Positions 9,131 to 17,593 of a DNA stretch of 29,090 nt are shown here, one piece after another; position 1 is the stretch's first letter, and every line of letters begins with the position of its first letter. The position numbers were made by a program, and so were the translations under genes. Source of the DNA: Abditibacteriaceae bacterium (GTDB lineage: Bacteria; Armatimonadota; Abditibacteriia; Abditibacteriales; Abditibacteriaceae); NCBI GenBank assembly GCA_031425655.1, contig JANPJS010000074.1, positions 1-29,090 of the forward strand, written 5' to 3'. The notes under the pieces were generated by a model. It did no database searches. It saw nothing but the letters and a program-made list of their open reading frames with translations, and was not told the DNA's origin.

Positions 9131-10843
9131 GTGACAGAAATCAATCCCCGCGAGCCGCGCATCGCGTATTTTTCGATGGAAATCGGCCTGCAAACCAACA
9201 TTCCGACTTACAGCGGCGGCTTGGGCGTTTTAGCCGGCGATACGCTGAAATCGTGCGCCGATTTGGGCTTGCCGATGGTCGCCATTTCGCTGCTTTATCG
9301 CAAAGGCTATTTTCGTCAGGAACTGACCGGCGACGGCTGGCAGGTCGAGCATCCCGTGACATGGAATCCCGCCGAGTTCATGGAACTCTTGCCCAATCGC
9401 GTCAAAGTGACAATCGAAGGGCGCACCGTTTGGATTCAAGCGTGGCGGTTCAATATTCAGGGCGCCGGCGGCTCGGTTTTGCCGGTGCATTTTCTCGATA
9501 GCGATCTGCCCGAAAATCACGAATGGGACAGAAGCCTGACTCATCAGTTATACGGCGGAGACAACGTTTATCGCTGCAAGCAGGAAGTGATTCTTGGCAT
9601 CGGCGGCGTGCGGATGCTGCAGGATTTGGGCATCGTCGTCAAGAAATATCACATGAACGAGGGCCATGCCGCCCTGCTCACGCTCGAATTGATGCATCGC
9701 TTCAAGCAGGACGTGGAAAGGGTGTGGGACGAAAGCCGTGTCTGGAACCGCGAGCCGGTGCGCGAGCTGTGCGTGTTCACTACGCACACGCCGGTCGAAG
9801 CCGGACACGACCGTTTTAGCCACGAAATCGTAACCAAAGTTCTCGGCGATTACTTCCCGATGGATGAACTGAAAAGAGTGGGCGGCGAAGACGAATTGAA
9901 CATGACCACGCTGGGCCTGAACCTCAGCGAATATCAGAACGGCGTGGCCAAAAAGCACGGCGAAGTGTCGCGCAATATGTTTCCCGGCTATAACGTGCGC
10001 TCGATCACCAACGGCGTGCATACGCGCACTTGGACGCATCAAATTTTCGCCAAGCTCTACGATGAATTCATCCCCGGCTGGCGCGAAGAACCCGAACTTT
10101 TCGTGCGCGTGGACAACGTGCCCGATAACCGTATCTGGGAAGCGCATCAGCAGGCCAAACGCGAACTCTTCGAGGAAATCAAGGCGCGCACCGGCATCGC
10201 CATGAACCCCGAAATCCTCACTCTCGGCTTCGCGCGCCGCGCCACGCCGTATAAGCGCGCCGATATGCTTTTCCGCGACCCGCAGCGTCTGGCACGCATC
10301 GCGGGCGGCAAATTGCAAGTCGTCTATGGCGGCAAAGCGCATCCCAAAGATGGCGGCGGCAAAGACAACATTCACCGCATTTTTGAGTGCGCCAAAGAGC
10401 TGGCCAACAGTGTCACCGTGGTGTATTTGCAGAACTACGAAATGGAATTGGCGCTAAAAATCATCGCCGGCGTGGATGTGTGGCTGAATACACCGATGCG
10501 TCCGCGCGAAGCGTCCGGCACGTCGGGCATGAAGGCCACGCACAACGGCGTGCCGAATTTCAGCGTGCTGGACGGCTGGTGGATCGAAGGCTGGATCGAA
10601 AACGTGACCGGCTGGAGCATCGGCCCCGAAGCCGTAGAAACCAATCTGGACGCCGTAGACGAATCGCTCGACCAGAACGATCTTTACGAAAAGCTCGAAC
10701 ACAAACTCATTCCGACTTATTACGCCGGCGATAATCACGCGGCGTGGATTCAAGTGATGAAAGGCGCCATCGGCAAAAACGCCTGCTATTTCAACACCCA
10801 CCGCATGATGAGGCAGTATGTGACCGAAGCGTATATTCGCTAA
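9131..10843 (+). CDS. glgP: Alpha-glucan (glycogen/maltodextrin) phosphorylase, GT35, short form
   Basis: YFSMEIG..YSGGLGVLAGD, HMNEGH, FTTHTP, GFARR.TPYKR and the PLP-site EASGTSGMKA. GTG start with a TAAGGA RBS. Confidence 0.93.
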   Translation: MTEINPREPRIAYFSMEIGLQTNIPTYSGGLGVLAGDTLKSCADLGLPMVAISLLYRKGYFRQELTGDGWQVEHPVTWNPAEFMELLPNRVKVTIEGRTVWIQAWRFNIQGAGGSVLPVHFLDSDLPENHEWDRSLTHQLYGGDNVYRCKQEVILGIGGVRMLQDLGIVVKKYHMNEGHAALLTLELMHRFKQDVERVWDESRVWNREPVRELCVFTTHTPVEAGHDRFSHEIVTKVLGDYFPMDELKRVGGEDELNMTTLGLNLSEYQNGVAKKHGEVSRNMFPGYNVRSITNGVHTRTWTHQIFAKLYDEFIPGWREEPELFVRVDNVPDNRIWEAHQQAKRELFEEIKARTGIAMNPEILTLGFARRATPYKRADMLFRDPQRLARIAGGKLQVVYGGKAHPKDGGGKDNIHRIFECAKELANSVTVVYLQNYEMELALKIIAGVDVWLNTPMRPREASGTSGMKATHNGVPNFSVLDGWWIEGWIENVTGWSIGPEAVETNLDAVDESLDQNDLYEKLEHKLIPTYYAGDNHAAWIQVMKGAIGKNACYFNTHRMMRQYVTEAYIR

Positions 10844-10857
10844 GGCAGGCGCACAAG

Positions 10858-10893
10858 ACAAAAGACGGGGCATTTAGATGCCTCGTCTTTTGT
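10858..10893 (+). terminator. Intrinsic terminator after glgP
   Basis: ACAAAAGACGGGGCAT-ttag-ATGCCTCGTCTTTTGT stem with one G-U pair, then TTT. Confidence 0.8.
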
Positions 10894-10916
10894 TTCCGAT
10901 TTCCGCCTTCACGACT

Positions 10917-11306
10917 ATGACAGATGAATCTTTAGCAAGAGAGCGGGCAATTGAGCTTCAAAATGAGGCATTGGACGCGTATATAAAAGGGCTGTTGAAC
11001 AAAGCAATTGCTCTTTGGGAGGCATCGCTGGCTGCCGACCCCAGTTATGAGGAGCCACGTATTCGGCTGGAATATGCATTCGAGGAGCGGGCCAGTATAT
11101 TGAGTGAAATTGAGGAATTGCAGGATGGGGCCGCACAGAATGACGTAAGGGCCACCTACTATTTGGCTGCTAATAAACGGACATTGGGTGAACATGACGC
11201 TGCAATAGTGGCTTGGCAACAGGTGACAAGAATAGATAACACCAGTTGGGCCAAAAGTGCCCGAAAAATGCTGCGTAAACACTACGGTTTGTCAACCGAA
11301 GAATAG
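10917..11306 (+). CDS. Small TPR-like protein
   Basis: Two TPR-like segments (AIALWEASLAADP; YYLA...LGEHDAAIVAWQQV). Codon usage is visibly AT-richer than neighbours. ATG at 10917 chosen because 10878 lies inside the terminator. Confidence 0.65.
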   Translation: MTDESLARERAIELQNEALDAYIKGLLNKAIALWEASLAADPSYEEPRIRLEYAFEERASILSEIEELQDGAAQNDVRATYYLAANKRTLGEHDAAIVAWQQVTRIDNTSWAKSARKMLRKHYGLSTEE

Positions 11307-11497
11307 TAAATGCAAGTGTCGTTCAGCAATTCGTCAATGGCGGTGAGGCGCGCCTGTTCCGCCGCGTTGCCTGCAAAGTTGGGTTTCAAAAGTCCCTCGA
11401 TAAGACGCAGCGCATATTCCGGCGCGGGCAAACCGCGTTTGGCGGCCTCGGCTTCCAAAAGCGTTTCCAGTTCGGGAGTAGATGGCAATGTCAGCAT
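11282..11497 (-). CDS. Small antitoxin-like (ribbon-helix-helix-like) protein, C-terminus possibly truncated
   Basis: MLTLPSTPELETLLEAEAAKRGLPAPEYALRLIE pattern with a GAGGA RBS. The last codons run into the convergent TPR gene. Confidence 0.5.
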   Translation of the reverse strand: MLTLPSTPELETLLEAEAAKRGLPAPEYALRLIEGLLKPNFAGNAAEQARLTAIDELLNDTCIYYSSVDKP

Positions 11498-11536
11498 GAT
11501 GTTCCTCGCTTTAAAGTGTGCTTCAAGCCGCTAACC

Positions 11537-11612
11537 GGCGCCATCGGCAAAAGCGCCTGCTATTTCGCACCGCATGATAAGGCAATACGTCACCGAAGCG
11601 TATAGTCGCTAA
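11537..11612 (+). pseudogene. Degenerate duplicate of the last ~27 codons of glgP
   Basis: Direct repeat of 10763-10843 with about 6 substitutions and a net 5-bp deletion, ending in the same CGC TAA. Confidence 0.9.
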
Positions 11613-11633
11613 CCGAAGAAAAACCAAACGGCC

Positions 11634-11854
11634 CAGGGCAATCGCATTAGGATTTTTAAGAGTCAAGGGCGTGTCATTCCGAGCGGAGTTTGCGAGTGGA
11701 ACGAGCTAACGGAGTCGAGGAATCTTGCCGTAGCGCCGCAATTTAAGATTCCTCGACTGTCCTGCCCAAAGGGCACCCGCGCTCATTCTTCGCTTCACTC
11801 CGCTCGGAATGACACTCCTCTGTTGCACCGAAAATTCCTAATGCGATTGCCCTG
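11634..11854. mobile_element. 221-bp MITE with ISAs1-like ends
   Basis: Perfect 19-bp terminal inverted repeats CAGGGCAATCGCATTAGGA (23/24 when extended). Exact 10-bp flanking direct repeat CCAAACGGCC at 11624-11633 and 11855-11864. No transposase. Confidence 0.9.
11671..11815. repeat. GTCATTCYGAGC..GAATCT-type palindrome nested in the MITE
   Basis: Perfect 19-bp outer arms (11671-11689 / 11797-11815) and perfect 14-bp inner arms (11713-11726 / 11745-11758). Confidence 0.9.
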
Positions 11855-11856
11855 CC

Positions 11857-11891
11857 AAACGGCCCGGCATCTCGAAGATGCCGGGCCGTTT
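11857..11891. terminator. Terminator-like hairpin, target of the MITE
   Basis: AAACGGCCCGGCATCT-cga-AGATGCCGGGCCGTTT, a perfect 16-bp stem with a near copy at 14527-14561. Confidence 0.8.
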
Positions 11892-12035
11892 TGTGTTAGC
11901 TTGGCGACCAAGAAAGAGTAACGATAGTAATCCAATGGGCGACCACATTGAGAGCTTTTATAATCAAGTAAGCAAGTTCAGTTCGGGAAAGCGTTTGCCG
12001 CAGAGGAGCGGCTTCCCGATCAAGAAAGGACCACA

Positions 12036-12761
12036 ATGCGAACCCCAATTTTCAGCGCGCTCGGCGCGCTCACGCTCATCGCCGGCGCGACCACCGTTTT
12101 CGCCGGCGCGAACGGAGTCAACTTAGTCGTTAACGGCAAGGTCGCCTCGAACGACGTGCGCGTGATTAACGGCAGCGCCTATGTGAAGCTGTCCGACGTG
12201 GCGAAGGCGCTTGGCATGGTGGTGGTCAAGCGTAGCGGCGGCTACGAGATCAAAAAGGCCGGCGGCGCCAACCCAATTGAGGGCGTGACGCAGGGCAAAA
12301 TCGGCGACGTGCTTTTCGACGGCAAGTGGCGCTTTCAGGCGCTGCGAATGGAAACGCCGGAGTCGTATGCCATGAAAACGGCCTCCGCACCCGACTACGC
12401 CGCTTATAATGCCGTTGCGGAATTTGATCCCACCGCGCACGTGTTTAAACCCAAAGCGGGATATAAGCTGATTGCGATTCCGTGCCGCGTCACCAACGGG
12501 CGCAATGAAAAAGTGGGGCTGTGGATTGGCGGACGGCATAACAATGCGCTGGCGGATACCGAAGGCAGCTCGCACACCGCCATCGCCTACGACTTCGATG
12601 GCGCTCCCATCGTAAGTAAAGAGTTAGTGCCGGGGGCCAAGCTCGACTTCGTTACCTTGTTCAGCGTGCCGGAAAAAACTCAGGCGAAGGATTTAATCTT
12701 CACACTGCAAACGCTCCATGACAAAAAAGGCAACGACGTGCGCGTGTCGTTGACGCCCTGA
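12036..12761 (+). CDS. Secreted protein with N-terminal stalk (copper amine oxidase N-like) domain and probable Ig-like C-terminal domain
   Basis: AAGGA RBS, signal peptide, VNG.....VRVING.AYV.L.DVAKALG motif. Confidence 0.65.
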   Translation: MRTPIFSALGALTLIAGATTVFAGANGVNLVVNGKVASNDVRVINGSAYVKLSDVAKALGMVVVKRSGGYEIKKAGGANPIEGVTQGKIGDVLFDGKWRFQALRMETPESYAMKTASAPDYAAYNAVAEFDPTAHVFKPKAGYKLIAIPCRVTNGRNEKVGLWIGGRHNNALADTEGSSHTAIAYDFDGAPIVSKELVPGAKLDFVTLFSVPEKTQAKDLIFTLQTLHDKKGNDVRVSLTP

Positions 12762-12786
12762 GAAGCAGTCTGAAAAGTGGCGGCGA

Positions 12787-12847
12787 CTCCCTTCCCCTTT
12801 GCCGTTTCAAGGGGAAGAGGGCGCCCTCTGGGCAGGTGGGATGGGGG
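12787..12847. repeat. C/G-tract palindrome remnant carrying the 18-nt mini-hairpin
   Basis: CTTCCCCTT/AAGGGGAAG stem (12791-12799 / 12809-12817), then GGGCGCCCTCTGGGCAGG (12819-12836) and TGGGATGGGGG. Overlaps the end of the phosphatase gene. Confidence 0.6.
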
Positions 12848-14435
12848 TTGAATTCACGCCGACGAGACACACGTCGTCCACGAACTCGCTGTTGGCCGAG
12901 AAGTCGCGGATTTCTTGAAGAAGCTCATCGAACAGCGCATCAACGGGCAGATTGATGCGCCGCCGCACAGCATCAAGCAGCCGTTCTTCGCCATATTCAT
13001 CGTCGTGGCCCTGCACCTCGAAGACGCCGTCGGTGGTCAACACGAAAAGGTCGTCGGCAGCCATCGCACTGCTTATCGTTTCGTAAACGGCCTCCGGAAA
13101 CACGCCCAACGCCGGGCCGGACGGACTGCCGGGTGCCAAAAGGTGCTCCACAACGCCCGCTTCGCGCCGCACGCGCAGCGGGCTGGGATGTCCGGCGTTG
13201 GCGTAGCTGAGACGACCGCTCGCCGTATCGGCGACGAGATAAAAAGCCGAGGCGAACATCGGCGTGCGTGCCTGCTCCAAAATGCCGTGTAAATGGCTGT
13301 TGATCGAAGTCAAAAACGCGCCGGGATCGGCAGCAGCGGGGTTCTTTTCGCCGACTAAAGCGCGGATCATCGCCGTGACAAGCGCCGAACGCACGCCATG
13401 CCCCATCACATCGCAGATGAAAACGCCGACGCAGGTGTCGGACAGCGCCGTGACGTGAAAAAAATCGCCGCCTAACGTGGCGTGTGGGATATAGCGATGA
13501 TGAAACGAAAGCACGCTCTGGCCCGGCGCGGCTTTTTGCGGGATGCGCGGATATTGGCGCACCAAAAACGCTTCCTGCATGGCGCGGGCTAATTCCAAGT
13601 CGGCCTGCATCAAGGCGTTGCGGGCGCGCAATTCTTCTTCGGCCAGCTTCAGTTCCGTAATATCTTCCGAGATGCCCAGCAAATACTGCGGTTTTCCGGC
13701 TTCGTCGAAAATCGGAATCTTTTTGGTGTGAAAAACGCGGACGCCCGTGGCGCAATGCACGGTTTCTTCGGGAATGTCCAGAAGGGTGCCGCCTTCGAGC
13801 ACCGAGCGGTCAACGTCAATGAAAAAGTTGGCTTCGTCGCCGGGAAAAAGCTCGTAGTCGTTTTTGCCGAGCATTTCCGACTGCGACAGGCCCATCATTT
13901 CTTCTTCGGCTTTGTTGACGCGCACGAAGCGCAAATCCTGCGCGTCTTTCACGAAAATCATGTGCGGAATGTTTTCGACGATGGACGTGAGAAACTTATC
14001 GGCGCGGCGTGTGGCTTCTTCGGCCTCGTGGCGCCGCGTGATGTCGTGCGCCGCCGCGCAGATGAACTGCGGTGAAACGTCGGCGGATAAGTTCCAGTGC
14101 AGCCATTTATAGGAGCCGTCCCGGCAGCGACAGCGATTTTCTAAGGACGCGGCCTGTCCGCCGGAACTCAAGCGCTGCACCAGGTGCTGCGTGGCCGCAA
14201 GATCGTCGGGATGCACGATGTCAAACCACGGCTTGTCAAGCAGTTCCTGCTGGCTGTAACCAAGCATTCTCTCGAAGGCCGGGTTTAATCGCTTAAAACA
14301 GCCATCGAAACCGATAAAGCACAGCAAATCCATGGACAGGCAAAAAAAACTGTCCAACGCCTGCCGTGCGTTCTGCTCTTCGGCGCCAAATAACGGCTCG
14401 CACGCCGGCTCCGTTGAGAACTCATTCAGGGCCAT
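12807..14435 (-). CDS. PAS-PAS-PP2C (SpoIIE/RsbU-type) phosphatase
   Basis: Two PAS/PAC domains (VHPDD; IFVKD..LGKND..GISEDITE), then LGGDFF, DVMGHG, NAGHP, TDGVFE and DD motifs. Confidence 0.93.
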   Translation of the reverse strand: MALNEFSTEPACEPLFGAEEQNARQALDSFFCLSMDLLCFIGFDGCFKRLNPAFERMLGYSQQELLDKPWFDIVHPDDLAATQHLVQRLSSGGQAASLENRCRCRDGSYKWLHWNLSADVSPQFICAAAHDITRRHEAEEATRRADKFLTSIVENIPHMIFVKDAQDLRFVRVNKAEEEMMGLSQSEMLGKNDYELFPGDEANFFIDVDRSVLEGGTLLDIPEETVHCATGVRVFHTKKIPIFDEAGKPQYLLGISEDITELKLAEEELRARNALMQADLELARAMQEAFLVRQYPRIPQKAAPGQSVLSFHHRYIPHATLGGDFFHVTALSDTCVGVFICDVMGHGVRSALVTAMIRALVGEKNPAAADPGAFLTSINSHLHGILEQARTPMFASAFYLVADTASGRLSYANAGHPSPLRVRREAGVVEHLLAPGSPSGPALGVFPEAVYETISSAMAADDLFVLTTDGVFEVQGHDDEYGEERLLDAVRRRINLPVDALFDELLQEIRDFSANSEFVDDVCLVGVNSTPIPPAQRAPSSP

Positions 14436-14526
14436 GAATCGTCCTTCTCATGCTCTCTTTCGAGAAAACCATCGCGGGATTACAAAAATTAGGGCTAATT
14501 TTGATTATAAACGGTCAGCAGACAAC

Positions 14527-14561
14527 AAACAGCCCGGCATCTCGAAGACGCCGGGCTGTTT
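14527..14561 (-). terminator. Terminator-like hairpin, same family as 11857-11891
   Basis: AAACAGCCCGGCATCT-cga-AGACGCCGGGCTGTTT just downstream of the stop at 14568. Confidence 0.75.
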
Positions 14562-14567
14562 GGCTTT

Positions 14568-15266
14568 TCAACGCGCTGTTTTGCTTGGCAGCGGAGCCGG
14601 TTTTGGCGTCGGCGTCGGCGCTTTGTCCACCCATTTGCCGTTCTTTTGCGCCTGCTCAACCCATTTGCGGTTTTTCCATGCGAAGCGTTCGACCGGGCCT
14701 TGTTCCCGCTCGATTTTGACGGCTAACGTCTTCGCTTTAAAAGTGCCTTCGATAGTCACTGATTCTATTGGCCAACCTCCGCCCGGCCCTTCTCGAACTA
14801 AAGGATAGAAGGAGTCAGAGGCACTTCCTTTTTGAAACGGTGACCTGCCCTGCCACACCATTATAGTCGAGGTCGCTTTAAAAATGAGCACGGTAGAACT
14901 GCCTTCTATGTAAGCGTCGTAAAACTTAACCTGACGGGTGCCCTTGTGTTCTTCGATGGTTTGGCGCCAAAGCAATTTTTTGGTGCCACCTTGTGTAGGC
15001 ATAGAAAAGAGCGAATATTGCCATACGTGACTCGGTGTTTCCACAGTTATTTTTGCGCCCGCTTCCTTCTCCCATTTCTTCAGTTGCTCAGGTGAAGGCG
15101 CATTGTAGGGCACTTCGCGGCGCGTAACTTGTAACTTTTGGCCGTTTGGCAGCATTTTTTGCCAAAACACCTTTGGAGATTGCTGCTGCGCTTGCGCGGT
15201 TGAGCGTTGGACGGCAAGGGATAGCACAGTTATGCACATGATGACGAAAACTTGCGAAATCTGCAT
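14568..15266 (-). CDS. Hypothetical secreted protein
   Basis: ATG at 15266 with a GGGAG RBS, signal-peptide-like N-terminus and Pro-rich tail. The ORF-track extension to 15833 crosses a terminator and another gene. Confidence 0.65.
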   Translation of the reverse strand: MQISQVFVIMCITVLSLAVQRSTAQAQQQSPKVFWQKMLPNGQKLQVTRREVPYNAPSPEQLKKWEKEAGAKITVETPSHVWQYSLFSMPTQGGTKKLLWRQTIEEHKGTRQVKFYDAYIEGSSTVLIFKATSTIMVWQGRSPFQKGSASDSFYPLVREGPGGGWPIESVTIEGTFKAKTLAVKIEREQGPVERFAWKNRKWVEQAQKNGKWVDKAPTPTPKPAPLPSKTAR

Positions 15267-15392
15267 AATATGGCTCCCAATAAGAGGCTCTGCAAGCGGC
15301 TCTTCAAAATGCATTTGTAAAGACAGATCGTTCTTAATTTGGGTTTCGACTTCGTTATCACCGAACGACACGCCGTCTATTCCGATAGAAAC

Positions 15393-15422
15393 AAAACGCC
15401 CGCTCAAAAGAGCGGGCGTTTT
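15393..15422 (-). terminator. Intrinsic terminator
   Basis: Perfect AAAACGCCCGCTC-aaaa-GAGCGGGCGTTTT directly after the stop at 15428. Confidence 0.85.
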
Positions 15423-15427
15423 TGTTT

Positions 15428-15745
15428 TTAGCTGCGACCGTGATAGTAATGACGCTTCCAGTTGCGGCCATAACGCTGTTGATACCACAGGCGGCTGCGA
15501 CGTCCGTCGCGCTTTTTCGACTTGCGGTAGCGGCTGTAGGCGATGGCAGTGCCCACTCCGGCGCCGATGGCCAGCGTCTTTTTCTTTTTGATCAGGCCGT
15601 AAGCGGTCAGCGCACCCAACGCGATGGTGGTGTTGCGGCGGCCTTTGGTGCTGGCTTCTGCGGGCGCAGTGAACGCGCCGCCCACTGTGCTCAGCATCAT
15701 GGCGCCCAGCACGCTCAATGCGATCCAACGGTTTCCGTTTTTCAT
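15428..15745 (-). CDS. Small basic secreted/membrane hypothetical protein
   Basis: Strong GGGAGGA RBS, signal peptide ending AEA, two Gly/Ala-rich hydrophobic segments and its own terminator. Confidence 0.75.
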   Translation of the reverse strand: MKNGNRWIALSVLGAMMLSTVGGAFTAPAEASTKGRRNTTIALGALTAYGLIKKKKTLAIGAGVGTAIAYSRYRKSKKRDGRRSRLWYQQRYGRNWKRHYYHGRS

Positions 15746-15950
15746 AATTTTCCTCCCTGAGAATTTTCCGGCGGCAAATCGAATGCCGCGCGGCTACCGG
15801 CGGGGCCGGTTTTAACTCGCGTTGTGACGACACGGCGGTTTGGTGAGTTCACTAAAATGGCGAAAGAATTCGCCATGCGGCGAATTACCAAGAAATCAAT
15901 CAAACTGGATTCGCTGCTTAATTCCACCAAGAGAGACACCAAGAATCATC

Positions 15951-17423
15951 ATGAACACGCTTGTCATCAACGCCGATCAAGGCAAATTGACCATCAACCG
16001 CAACATCTACGGCCATTTTGCCGAACATCTGGGCCGCTGCATTTACGAAGGCTGCTGGGTCGGCGAAGATTCCGAAATCGCCAACACGCGCGGCATCCGC
16101 AACGATGTGGTGGCCGCGCTGAAGAACCTGAACATTCCCGTTTTGCGCTGGCCGGGCGGCTGCTTCGCCGACGAGTATCACTGGAAAGACGGCATCGGCC
16201 CGCGCGAAAATCGCCCTTCGATGATTAACACGCACTGGGGCGGTGTGGTCGAAAACAACCATTTCGGCACCCATGAGTTTTTCGATCTGTGCGAGCAGCT
16301 CGATACCACGCCTTATATTTGCGGCAACGTGGGCAGCGGCACCGTGCAGGAGATGCAGGAATGGGTCGAATACTGCACTTTCGACGGCCAATCGCCGATG
16401 ACCAAGCTGCGCGCCGAAAATGGGCGTAGCACGCCGTGGAAACTGCCGTTTTTCGGCGTCGGCAACGAAAACTGGGGCTGCGGCGGCAATATGCGCCCCG
16501 AATTTTACGCCGACGAATATCGCCGCTACGCCACTTACGTTCGCAACTTCGGCGGCAATAAAACCTATAAAATCGCCTGCGGCCCTAACGCCGCCGATTA
16601 CAAATGGACGGACGTGCTCATGGAGCGCGCCGGCAAGTTCATGGACGGTCTGAGTCTGCACTACTACACCGTTCTCGGTTCGTGGGACAAGAAAGGCTCC
16701 GCCACCGAATTCGACGAGGCCGATTATTTCAAGACGCTGCAACGCACCCTGCAAATGGACGAGTTATTAACGCGACACGGCGCCATCATGGATCGCTACG
16801 ATCCCGAAAAGCGCGTCGGTTTAATCGTGGACGAATGGGGAACGTGGTTTGATGTCGAGCCGGGCACCAATCCCGGCTTCCTCTATCAGCAAAACACCAT
16901 GCGCGATGCTTTCGTGGCCGCACTGAACTTCAACCTGTTTCATCACCACTGCGACCGCGTGCAGATGACCAACATCGCGCAAACCATCAACGTGCTGCAA
17001 GCGATGGTGCTGACGGACGGCGCCCGCATGACATTAACGCCCACTTATCACGTCTTCGAGATGTTCAAAGGCCATCAGGACGCGACTTATCTGCCGATTC
17101 ACCTGACCAGCGACGATTACAAGGTGGGCGACAACGCGATTCCCGCGATTAGCGCCTCCGCTTCGCAAAAAGACGGCAAAATTCTGCTTTCCCTCGCGCA
17201 CACCAACCCGACGAGCGAAACCACCATCGAAGTGGACGTGCGCGGTGCGAACGTGCAGTCCATCGCGGGCCGCATCCTGCGCGCCGAAACATTGCAAGCG
17301 CACAACACTTTCGATGCGCCCAACGCCGTGACTCCGCAACCGTTCGACGGCGCCAAACTGAACGGCGATAAGCTCACGATTACGATGCCGCCCGCCTCGA
17401 TTGTCACGCTGGAACTGGCGTGA
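15951..17423 (+). CDS. Alpha-L-arabinofuranosidase, GH51
   Basis: [35 protein letters not shown] and DEWGTW motifs; start set at the ATG at 15951. Confidence 0.95.
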   Translation: MNTLVINADQGKLTINRNIYGHFAEHLGRCIYEGCWVGEDSEIANTRGIRNDVVAALKNLNIPVLRWPGGCFADEYHWKDGIGPRENRPSMINTHWGGVVENNHFGTHEFFDLCEQLDTTPYICGNVGSGTVQEMQEWVEYCTFDGQSPMTKLRAENGRSTPWKLPFFGVGNENWGCGGNMRPEFYADEYRRYATYVRNFGGNKTYKIACGPNAADYKWTDVLMERAGKFMDGLSLHYYTVLGSWDKKGSATEFDEADYFKTLQRTLQMDELLTRHGAIMDRYDPEKRVGLIVDEWGTWFDVEPGTNPGFLYQQNTMRDAFVAALNFNLFHHHCDRVQMTNIAQTINVLQAMVLTDGARMTLTPTYHVFEMFKGHQDATYLPIHLTSDDYKVGDNAIPAISASASQKDGKILLSLAHTNPTSETTIEVDVRGANVQSIAGRILRAETLQAHNTFDAPNAVTPQPFDGAKLNGDKLTITMPPASIVTLELA

Positions 17424-17426
17424 TTC

Positions 17427-17562
17427 TCAATGGAACACGGCGGCTTCGCCGATCCTGCCCAGAGGGCGCCCGAAACGACACAGATTAACACGGTTTAATT
17501 GAAGAAAAATCCGTGTAAACCCGTGCTGTTTCCGTGTCGGCGAAGGCTCCGTGTTCCATTGA
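17427..17562. repeat. Palindromic element of the ACACGGAT 10-mer type with inserted mini-hairpin
   Basis: 26-bp outer arms with 2 mismatches (17427-17452 / 17537-17562) and degenerate inner arms. An asymmetric insert lies at about 17453-17471. Confidence 0.85.
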
Positions 17563-17593
17563 AAATTACGCGATGGTTAAAGCATAATCCCCG

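Noticed and set aside
9548..10375. Long antisense or alternate-frame ORFs (also 12997-13755, 15918-16754, 19424-20023)
   Set aside because: Shadow ORFs of strongly supported genes in GC-rich DNA, with no recognisable motifs.
11532..11541. TAACCGGCGC occurs near both the glgP-duplicate junction and the rfbC breakpoint (26321-26330)
   Set aside because: 10-mer matches are common by chance in 29 kb of GC-rich DNA, and the position relative to the two breakpoints differs.
14568..15833. 421-aa ORF as one gene
   Set aside because: The 5' part crosses a terminator and overlaps the better-supported 15428-15745 gene. The true start is probably 15266.
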